From Amoebidium appalachense (Eukaryota > Protista > Ichthyosporea): a stretch of 64,000 bases of DNA. The stretch's first letter is position 1. Each line of letters starts with the position of its first letter. Positions 53,961 to 64,000 of the stretch are shown here, in pieces. The translations under genes were made by a program, and so were the position numbers. The notes beneath the pieces were generated by a model. It was not told the DNA's origin, searched no databases, and was given only the letters and a program-made list of their open reading frames with translations. The stretch covers positions 13,659,928 to 13,723,927 of the forward strand of contig CAVNZM010000004.1 of assembly GCA_963693365.1 (NCBI GenBank), in the 5' to 3' direction.

Positions 53961-55291
53961 TATTGGCATTATCGTGTGATCATACTTGAAGCTAGGCTGA
54001 ACGGCCAACAATAATGGTCGAGTGGTCCGTCATTTATTTTGCTTTTAGAAAATATGGTTGGAACCCCTCGGCCGATACAGTATACTTCAAGTGTCAAATA
54101 GCATAGCTTTAAGGGCGCTCTATGTGATTGTCTGCATTTACTTACAAGCAATCGCGTAGTTTTAGATGATGGTAGTGAACTATGCTATTTACCTTAAACT
54201 TGAAGGGACCATAATAAACTTCGTGCAGTATCCACCTAGGTCCTTTTCACAATTGCCAATGTGCAATGCAGTGTAGTTTTCCAGTTACTCAATTTTGGAG
54301 TTGGCCTTTTGAATATGTCCTAGACTTTGACACAGGCATGCTGGGGACTAGGCATGCAAATGTGCAAGTGCGAACGTGTGCAAATTCATAGGCGCACACA
54401 CAAAATATGTGGTGCTGCACTACACACATGTATACATGCGAAATGTCATGCACACATAAGGAAGCAAACTTACACATGACGCGTACACAAGACACGTGCA
54501 AGCACAGAGACACGTTCAACACACTGATGCGCACATGTACATGCAGACCTATGCACACACTCGCAATTACAACTCATGCAGATTAAACATGCACATACTC
54601 AGACACCTACAAAAGTGTGGTACAAAACAGACATATACACATGTGCGGCAGCATGCATGCCCGCCCATACATATGCATGCATGCACAAAGGCACGTAGCA
54701 GGCATGGAGGCAGGCACATAGCAGTGTGCAAGAACACATGATTTATTTTGTGACACGCATCACACACACACACACCGCCTACACACAGACACACACAGAC
54801 ACATGCACACACGCACACGCGATTCATGCACCCACGTACACACACGTACTCACACTCTGCCACACACACACACACACACCCACACCTACCCACACACACA
54901 CACAAACAACACAAACACATTCGACATACACCCCCACATACACCATGTACCCGGACACATATACCTGGTGCACATACACGTAGGCACATGTACACACATA
55001 GGTGTATGTTTACGTACACACACGCACACGAATGCACACGCGCGTACAGGCATGCTTAGGCACACAAATATCTGCACGCACACACGCGCAAACTCGGAGA
55101 TTGTTGCGTGAGAGTTAGCAGTGTTGCACCCGCACCCACACCTGCATCCACACCCACACCTACACACATATTACGTGAGCATGCACACAAAAACCCGTAG
55201 AAGAAACTAAGCGAAAAAAATTTCAATTTGGTTTTACTTTTTTTTATCTTATTTCTTCCCTCTCCTCATTCTTTTTCAACCTGGGGGAACA

Positions 55292-55676
55292 ACAAACGTT
55301 CCTGGCCATGATCACAACAGGACACTGCCCCTACCAATAATGCAATGCCATCACGTTGCGTTCCTGCCATGCCCAACCTGTGATGACACAGGGCCCCACG
55401 ATTTCATTTCACGAATTGTGACAGTACAAAGTATAATGTTGTGATGATGGCAAAGTTGTGACAGCACAGAGCATGATGTTGTGACCATGACACATTTGTG
55501 ACAGCACAAGGCATTGCGTTGTGCGCGGCACGACAGCCTCAAGTTTAACTAGACACTAGTGTCTTTCCTCAGTAATTGCCTAAGTTCTGTGCCATCACAC
55601 GTTGGCCATCATTGGCGGGAATGCACATGCTTGGTAGGTGCAGTGTCCTGTTTTGATCATGGCCAGGGGCGTTTGT
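55292..55676. mobile_element. Small foldback/MITE with ~45-bp inverted ends and internal ~40-bp tandem repeats
   Basis: cctggccatgatcacaacaggacactgcccctaccaa (55301-55337) vs the reverse complement of 55631-55667, 2 mismatches. ttgtgacagYaca recurs three times internally. Confidence 0.7.
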
Positions 55677-56722
55677 GCACTGGGGTGGCGAAAGTGCACC
55701 ACAGATCTGGCTACTACGTCGTCCGGGGGCTTTCCCAAGCCAGTGAATGGCTCAATACTGTTTGATTGGTTCCCGCCAGATTTCCATAGATCTGCTGCAG
55801 CCATTGGATTCTTTCTGAGCGAAGCAAATATCCCCAAATAGCTGCAGGAAATGTGCGAGTAGGACTAACAAGGATCTTATGTAAACATGAATAAATACTT
55901 GGCAAAGGCGTGTGTAAGGTCACAGTTATATGGGCATTAAATAGTTTTATATGGGTTATTACTTTACTATAAACAATAAATAAGTTGTAAGTTGTGGCTC
56001 GGCCAGATCACAGCTAAATGCCATAATATGAGCCCCAAACTCTGTTGACTGCCCCACCTCTTGACGATAGTGTATAGCCCCACACCGTTATCACGGCTAC
56101 CATGCCGCAACCTCAGAGGCTGCTCAAAACCTCCCCACCATATGTATAAAGCGGTATGAGGTCTGAATCCATGCATGGTTGACTCTATTGTAGTGCTAAC
56201 TCTTCCAAAATACGGACGCTGTACAAAGTCTTGTACAAAGCACTTGCGCGTGCACATGAAAGAACTTCTGATTTTCACCTTGCATGTTAGATTTCCGAAG
56301 GCAACATCGGCAACATCTTGAGGCCAACACAAAATAGTTCTTGATCACGTAAACAGTTGTCTCGTGGAGTCTGTGCGATTTTTAGCCTTCTGTATTTGGT
56401 TTCTCCATGGGTCGAATAGACTCTCAACGCATCAAAGACCTAAGGGATAGCACGGTCTTCTCATGCATATACACAAGAAGACCTCAGGTGTACATGACGT
56501 AGAGCTAGGCTAAGTAGCCAGCGCGCATGTTGACCTCTAAGCTTATGTTGAACTACCTGTTGCCTGCAGTCGAGCAAAACAGGAAACAGGTGCGCATGCC
56601 TAAACTGGAGTGCGTCTACCTGCAGTTTAGCCATCTGAAGGTTGTGCACACAGTTATCTGATTTAGGCACCTGTCACCTGCTATTCGTTTTTCGCCTTGG
56701 CAACGGTTGAGCTACACCCACG

Positions 56723-57757
56723 ATGGCGACCACACACCGCAAGCACCAACTAGCACTAGTAGGTGTAAAGCTTGCCACCATAGCCCTTGCTGCTAGCGCA
56801 ACAGCCACATCCTATTGGTTCCTTCAAAGCCCACCGTTTAGAAAAGACTGGTCGTGGTATCTGTTTGACGATGGGGACGTAGAGCCAAGTGGGCACCGGG
56901 GCCTGTGGCAGGCCTGCATCCCGGCAAGACCGGGGGGCCCGGTAGTGTGCAGCTCCATAGCGCTGGGCTCACGCAAGAACAGCCTCCCACTGGGCAGCAT
57001 ACTGGCCACCAGGGCGCTGATACTGCTGGCACTGCTTCTGCTCGTGCAGGCCTGCGTGTTTATTCTCTACTCGGCCCGCACGGCAACAAACCCCGAGCAA
57101 CTGCGAAAGCGCCGGCGGCTGGCTACGTGGGGTGTGTTTGCCAATGGCTGTGGTTGGCTGTTCCTTTTGGTGGCGGTGGTGCTGCAGATAGTGACGGGCA
57201 GGGACCAGCGCTACCCCACGTACGGGTGGTCCATGTTTGTGGCCTGGGCCGCTGTGGCCTGGGGCACCCTGGACACCCTCCTGCACACCTTCGTGGTTGT
57301 GCGGGCCCTCAAAGACCCCCCCAGCTGTGTCCCCGACATATCCCTGCCTGCTCCCACAGAGACCCCCCGGCCACGCCAGCGCCACTACCAGGCCCCGGCC
57401 TGGCTCCTAGCCCCCTCTGCTGGCACGGATGCCACGGCGCCCCCTGCCTACTGTGAGGACGAAGACTGCCCACCCACATATGCGGCCCTGGCCCGGCCAC
57501 GCACCATCCAGCCTGCACCATACCGCACGCAGGGCTGTGCCCGCAGTGCGGCCACCAGCCAGTCCCTGCCTTCACTGACTGCGGGCCAGGTGCGCCGCAT
57601 AGACTGCCCGGCTGCAGGGCCGCGTGGCCTGGACCTGCCACCGGCCTACCACCAGCTAGCTGCCAGCGCACCGCAAATGGCATACAGGGCCTGGGACCCA
57701 GCAGCACCTGATGTGGACAGGTTGAGGACACCCTCGGCACCGGCAAGTTTGGCCTGA
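56723..57757 (+). CDS. Claudin/PMP22/EMP-like four-TM protein with PPxY-rich tail, intronless
   Basis: 344 aa with four hydrophobic segments, the W...GLWQAC...C first-loop signature, YGWS before TM4, and PPAY, PPTY, PPAY in the tail. Confidence 0.85.
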   Translation: MATTHRKHQLALVGVKLATIALAASATATSYWFLQSPPFRKDWSWYLFDDGDVEPSGHRGLWQACIPARPGGPVVCSSIALGSRKNSLPLGSILATRALILLALLLLVQACVFILYSARTATNPEQLRKRRRLATWGVFANGCGWLFLLVAVVLQIVTGRDQRYPTYGWSMFVAWAAVAWGTLDTLLHTFVVVRALKDPPSCVPDISLPAPTETPRPRQRHYQAPAWLLAPSAGTDATAPPAYCEDEDCPPTYAALARPRTIQPAPYRTQGCARSAATSQSLPSLTAGQVRRIDCPAAGPRGLDLPPAYHQLAASAPQMAYRAWDPAAPDVDRLRTPSAPASLA

Positions 57758-60260
57758 GACGTGTGTTGGGTAGGAGGAGCGAAAGGGTGGGCAACGGTGT
57801 GCCACGCGCGCACGTTTTTTTTTTTTTTTTTTTTTTCGCACAGGTAATCGATCACCTCTCTTTTGAAGGACCCCATTGACTGATGAATGTAAATCAGGTC
57901 GAAAGAAATCTACTAGAGCCTGATTCTGAAACCCATTAGGCTCATGGGCTTGTCTGCAGGCAGACAACCAGAGACACATATATAGACACGAACGTATTAC
58001 ATATAAATTTGTACGAAGTTGTGTCAGCCTCTGTGGTTATGCTCCGCACCACCAAGGCCTACCAACATGTGCCATTTTGTCATAGACATGCACGTGTGCG
58101 TGTGTGAGAGATGTGTCTTAGTGTGTGTGTGGGCATACGATGTCACATAGTATGGTCGAAGCCCATACAAATGTTTATGATGTGTGTGTGCATCTGTCTT
58201 GATGCATCTGCACGTTTAACAGGTTACACACACGCACGTTGCACCTGTTGCATATGTGCGTACTCAGGCTGGATCGTCTATCATGTGTGCCCTCTGTCAA
58301 ATGTCTGTACTCAGTGTGACTGTGTTATCGGCTGTAATTGTACCTGTGATTGTACCTGACAGTGTGTCTTGTGCATGGTGCGTTAGGCCTCTTCGACCGA
58401 GCGCCACGGCTCCCGAAACGTTCGCTGAGAAGGGAAATAAGTCAAAGAAAATGCTGGGTCGCGTGCGAAAGACTCAACGCTAGGGCTCGGAAAGACTAGG
58501 AGGGCTCGAGAGCCTGTAAGCACACAAGAGAGAGCCGGGGGGGGGGAGGGGGGGGGGGGGGGGGGGAAAGGAAAAACTGGGTGGAAAGAGGGGAGGGGAG
58601 GAGGTGGGCGCAGGGGGGACATGGAGAGGAGGGCTACTGGAGGGAGAGGGGAGAAAGAGAGAGAAAACCATGGACCCATCTGTTCAGTCCAAGGGGGAAA
58701 GAAAGAGGGAGACGAGTGTGAAGAGAGAATGGGAGAGAATGAGAGGGAGAGTAGAGCGGGGGGAAGGGGGGGGGAGGAGGGAGAGGGAGGGAGCCAAAGA
58801 GAAGGAGAGAGAGACGGAGAGAGAGACTCGGGGGGGGGGGGGGGGGAGAGAGAGAGAGAGAGAGAGGGAGGGAGAGGGAGGGAGACAGAGAGGGGGAGAG
58901 GGAGAGAGGGGGGGGGGGGGCATGTCTCTCTCGGTGTGTGTGTGTGTGTGTTGTGTGTGTTGGGGGAAGGGGGGAGAGTGGGGAAGGGAGAGTCGGCGAG
59001 GGAGGGAGGGAGGGAGGGAGGGAGGGAGGGAGGAAGGGAGGGAGGGAGGGAGGGAGGGAGGGAGGGAAGGAGGGGGGGAGGGAGGGAGGGAGGGAGGGAG
59101 GGAGCCGGGGAGGGAGCGAGAGCAAAAGGCGACAAGTTCGCTGCAGCTCAACCGGTACACGCCGTAATTAATTAATGAATATGTAAGCAAAGACAGTAAC
59201 TAATATTATCAATCAGTTCTTTGGCAGCTCGGTTTGATTGGCGACAGCCGTCAGTATCGATGTAGCATCAAATACTGCACAGACTCGGCGTCAAGTCAAC
59301 TTGGTCAAACCGGCCGCGGGCTGTTCCAACTTCCGAGGTGACTGTTATATTTCACGGTGCACGTGAGCGGGTCAGAAACAAGGCCTCCTTTATCTAATCC
59401 AGAAATAGCGGAATAACCCGGTTGTGACCAGTAAGTCTGTGTGTATCTATTTGACTGGCGCTGCGACGTACCGTCACGTACGTACCACTGCCAGGGTGAC
59501 GGGGCGTTCGGAAGGCTTGAACACAGTTCAGAACAGAGAACACTGCCACTGCAACTGCAAATAGCAAACTGTAAACCTCTCATGGGTGACAAGGGTGACA
59601 CGCTGCGTGAGTCAGCGTGGCGTAAATAGATTCCGGTATGTGCCTTTATTACACAGGAATGCAGTTTGTGAAATTCTATATTAGCACGTAGTAATGCCCG
59701 GCCACTTACGTAAGCCGGTGGGTACATAGCCTTGGAGACTAATTACAACATTTATTTATATTTATCTTATTTCACTATACAAGCGAGCCATGATGACAGC
59801 AACGTGCCTGTGCAATGTCGGCACTACTTTTGTAATGTATAGGGCATAATGAATTCAAGGGTGAGAAAAAATCAAACTCAAAGCAGGTCAGTGTGATAAT
59901 AAATGCACAGCTATTGTCCAGTCGTCATAAAGGATGAATCATTGCAGAAACATCGCAAAATGAAAATAAGTTTTAGATGGCTCAAGTTCCAAAAGTTCAT
60001 TGCAATTTGAACGGATCGGGCTAACCAATCGCATGGTACAAAGACTTTATGAATTAGAATTATATGCTTTTATTGGTCAGATCTTCAACGTTGACATTCC
60101 AGAGATTTCCCATGACCTTGGCTGTGGCGTCATGAATCATGATCATGCATGAGGCCGCTCTCTCAGTCTCGTCTCACATGGTGTCGGTTGTGCCCCCTAT
60201 ACACGTCTTCCCAATTGCAACCATTAACTTTGCACCTGCGCACAGCCAGGGCCGCCAACC

Positions 60261-62105
60261 ATGTGGGGGTCACTTTCAAATGTCTGCCTTGTGGCGCTGC
60301 TTACTGCGCTCACAGAGGCCTTTCCTAACGGCGCCCCTCCGTTCGCCTGTTCGCACACAAACATACCCCATGGCTCGCCGGAGCCAGGGGACAGCCCCGT
60401 GATGATAACGGCTGCAGCGGATGCAACGTACCAGCCTGGAAAGCCGCAGGACGTGGTTATCTTCTTGAACGTAAGTTCACGTTTTGTATCTGTCAGGGCG
60501 TGGGTGTTGAGGAAACCTCTGGAGGGAGCAGACTAAGGAGGAGTGCTGGGGGGGGGGGGGGGGGGGGGGGGGGGGGAGGGGGGGGGGGGGGGGGGTGAGG
60601 GGAAGCACATGCCCGGGGGCTGTGGATGTACCGGTTGTTATCAGGTTAGCAACAACCCGTACGTCATTATTGCAAGACACACATCAAGAATTACAGGGTA
60701 TGCCAGTTATAGACACTCTTGGCACATATATCTAGCAGACAGGCACACACGAACGCACATTCACACATCACACCGTCGATTGCACAGTCGCATGTCACGC
60801 ACGCTATGAGGGCACTTATAAGCACCTATGCTCTATACATACACCTGCACGTTTGGTAGCTTGCCATCTGCTATTTTTAGCATGCCCCACGCCGCAAGCA
60901 CCACATCTTCGCCCTGGAGAATCGAAAGTGCAATGGTGTGAGCATGGCAAATATGATCCGCACACCCAAACCCATGGCGCACGCGCTTATATGTCACGGC
61001 ACACCTTAAACACGTGCGCATGAAAACACGGACACTTGTGCCCCCGCGCACATAACGTGCAGAGAAGTTTTCCTTGCGATATCACCTCAGTCCGCTACCC
61101 ACCAATAACACTCATGATACCCACCACAACAGAGCACCAAAACACCTGCTCGTGCCAGCCCCGAGTACGGTTTCCTGCTGACCGCCCTGGACTCCAAAGG
61201 CACCATCCTGAGCAACGCATTAGCCAGCGGGGATGCCAAGAGTGTGCAGGTCAAGCAGTGTGCTGGCCAGGGGCCCAACAGCTATGCCACACACGTGGAG
61301 TCAGGGCCATCAAAAACGTGGGTGGTCAAGTTCACCCCCCCGGCAGATGCACAGGGAGACATTGAGCTCAAGGCCACAGGTGAGCATATTCCCGCCGTGG
61401 CCATGGGGTGGAGGGTTGAACGTTATTTGTTTAACTACAGCTTGGTGGCTGCGCCGTCAGAAATGTGTATTAGTGGTTAGCGAGGAATTAACATGAAACT
61501 TGTGTGCATAGTTAGTTTACCTTGCACCATGCCCCCACTTCCCTTCAAGCCGAAGAGACCACATCATTCCAGGCCTCCTTTAGTTAAGCGGTGTGCTGAG
61601 AAACTACTAGTTGACTTTGTTTCTCCAAGGGGGGGGAGTGTGTGTGTGTGTGTGTGTTGGGGGGGGGGGGGGGGGGGGGGTCAGTTTTTAAAATTACTGA
61701 ATATCGTTGCACACTCTTGCACCCTTTTATTTTTCATTTGTATTATTTTTTACTTTTATTTTCTATTTGGTTTGGGATTTGCAGAACCTGCACTGTAATG
61801 TCCGTCGTAAGCAAGCACTTCTGTAACACATACTAACCCCCTTTAGCTCGCTGCATACCTTCTCTTTGCATTTCTGCACCGTGTTTGTACCTTGTGAATC
61901 TGCGTTTCATTACGGTCATGTGACTGTTCTAACCCCCCTCTCCCCTTCCTCCCCCCCCCCCCCCTCCCCCCCCCCTCCCCTCTTCCTCCCCCCCCAAACA
62001 ACTTTAATAACAAACAGTGGTTGATGCCAACGGTGACGGCAGTCCTGCTGGTGACAAAGTCTACACTTCCAGTGTCCTGCTAAGCCGCTCCCAGCAAGGT
62101 GACCA

Positions 62106-62150
<45 letters not shown>

Positions 62151-63638
62151 TTCTCCCTCCCCCCTCCACACACACACAGGCACACACAAGCCCAACACAG
62201 TAAAACCTCTTACCACCTGCCACCACCAGCAGAAATGACAGGCCCACTAATGCATCGCACAAGCTGGGAAGCGTAGAGGGATAGAAAGCGCCAAATGGAT
62301 CCCAAAGCAGGGTGGTGGCTCATGATTGGCTATCGCTATGTCTTTGTTTTCCTGGCAGCTAATGAAACGAGTGTGCAGCCATGAACATGTGATACAAAAA
62401 AGTTGTCCAACCAACTCTCAGGAATCTGGTATAGGCTCGAGAGCTTTCCAGAGCAAGCCCTGTCACATGCAACACTGCACACACAGGTGCACATGTGCAT
62501 AGGCATGCCGGTCCCTCTCCTATTCACATCTCCATATGATATCCCCCATCAAGGATATCATCTGCAGGGGGTCACAATGATAACCAAAGATATCTAAGTT
62601 AGCCCGATGTGATTCAAATTTTGCATAGTGGGAAAAGACAGCTGATTGTGACTCTACACATATATCAGCTGCTAGCTCACATCTAGCCACAATCCCTCTG
62701 CTTGCCTCCCCCTTTTCTCCACATACCCCCACCTCACTTACTCACATATAACACACACGCACACACGCACACGCACAGTCGGGGCCCCGAGCCCGGCCCC
62801 TGCAGCCACAGGCCCACAACCTGCCGGGACCAACTCCTCCTCCGCCGGTGCTCCAATCACCAACACAACCCCACCCACGACAGATAACACGCCTCCCCCC
62901 ATGGTCGTCAATTCACCCACCAACAACCAGGACATGCAGGATGTGAGCAGCAACACAAACCAGGGCAACCCATCGACCAATGGCGTACCTGTGGACGGGA
63001 CAGGGGCCGGTCCATCCCCTGCAGGCAGCAACGAGTTGGATATGAACCCGGCTGACACCCAGGACACTGCATCTGGCGCCCCGCTAGAAATCATGGGGGA
63101 TCAGCCGTCTGAGACTATGCCGGTAGGGGCACCTGCAGGAGAGACCATGGCCGATGTACAGCCCACACCCACACAGGCACCCATCAATAAGCAGCCTATG
63201 ACTACAGATGCGGCCATGCAGTCACAGGTCGAGGAAACAAGTGCTCAGCCATCCACCACACAGGAGGCAGGGGAGGAGCAAATGGAGACGAAGACGGAAA
63301 AACCAAAACCAACAAAGACCCCGAGCAAGTACGGAAAGGATGGAAATGACGAGGAGGAATATAACAAGAAGGGATATGACAAGAAGGGATATAACAGGGA
63401 GGGATATGACGTAGAGGGATATAACAAGGAGGGATATAACGAGGACGGTTATGATAGGGAAGGATATAACGAGGCAGGGTACAATAAGAAAGGATATGAC
63501 AGGGATGGATATAACGAGGAGGGATATGACAAGAAGGGATATGATAGGGATGGATATAACGAGAAGGGCTTTGACAAGTCCGGGTGCAACAGGGAGGGAT
63601 TCTGCAAGGACAGGCGCAGACGCAGATCCAGATTTTAG
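60261..63638 (+). CDS. Secreted Reeler-domain protein with P/T/S-rich linker and GY[DN]xx pentapeptide repeats
   Basis: In-phase GT-AG exons 60261-60470, 61133-61379, 62018-62098, 62779-63638. Signal peptide, then AFPNGAPPFAC...PHG, GFLLTA, ATH, FTPP...GDIELKATVV (Reeler motifs); ~16 consecutive 5-residue G[YFC][DN]xx repeats. Confidence 0.85.
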
Positions 63639-64000
63639 GGAGATAACTGGTCGGAAATATCAGTGAGACATGCATTGATAGCCAGTAGTCACGTGATTTA
63701 GCTTAGTCTTTAGATATGCAGGTGCCCAGATATATGGCTAGCATTGGCCTAAAAAATTTATTTTCATGCTGAAACAGCTCAGTTCAGGCAGAGATTGGTT
63801 GGCAGTGCAGTGGATGCTTGTCGTCGTAATTTATTTCTGATCTTTTAGTTTTTTTCTTTTTTCCCGCTTTCTCCTCCTCCTCCTCCTCCTTCTTTTCTCT
63901 CTCTGTCTCTCTCTTTCTCTCTCTCTTTCTTTTTTTTTTTCTTTTGCCGTGCACCATATTAGGCTCAAAGTTCGGAAGTTGAGTTCCCGGATCAGTTTGT

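Larger units (their letters stand above)
51063..55726. mobile_element. 4.66-kb segment bounded by 44-bp inverted repeats (candidate cargo-carrying DNA element)
   Basis: ccggacgacgtagtagccagatctgtggtgcactttagccaccc (51063-51106) vs the reverse complement of 55683-55726, one mismatch. No TSD or transposase recognised. Confidence 0.55.

Noticed and set aside
61780-61915. Further 3' fragments of the intronic element in the Reeler gene
   Set aside because: Similarity (cctgcac...cacttctgtaacacat) is too short and divergent to call without alignment, although the orientation would fit.

Overview
Intron-rich eukaryotic DNA, probably an opisthokont/holozoan protist (inferred from gene content only), dense in poly-G/C, (CA/GT)n and (GA)n tracts. 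Splice-consistent models: NAF1 (minus strand, 9883 to about 208 or past the left edge), an OXSR1/STK39-like STE20 kinase (27038-32926), a CEP85-like coiled-coil gene ending in a CaaX motif (~36115-47219) and a secreted Reeler + GY[DN]-repeat gene (60261-63638). There is also an intronless claudin/PMP22-like gene (56723-57757). The 10-26 kb region is a transposon nest: a hAT-type MITE, a Ty1/copia with an in-frame RT deletion, two LINE families, a DIRS-like gag remnant and nested MITEs. The most unusual signal is a dispersed structured element with about 8 loci, one a 453-bp tandem array. Every copy I recognised lies in an intron and on the host gene's sense strand, and its helices are kept by compensatory changes. 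It is a candidate undescribed intronic RNA or retrozyme-like element. All homology calls come from recalled motifs, not database searches.
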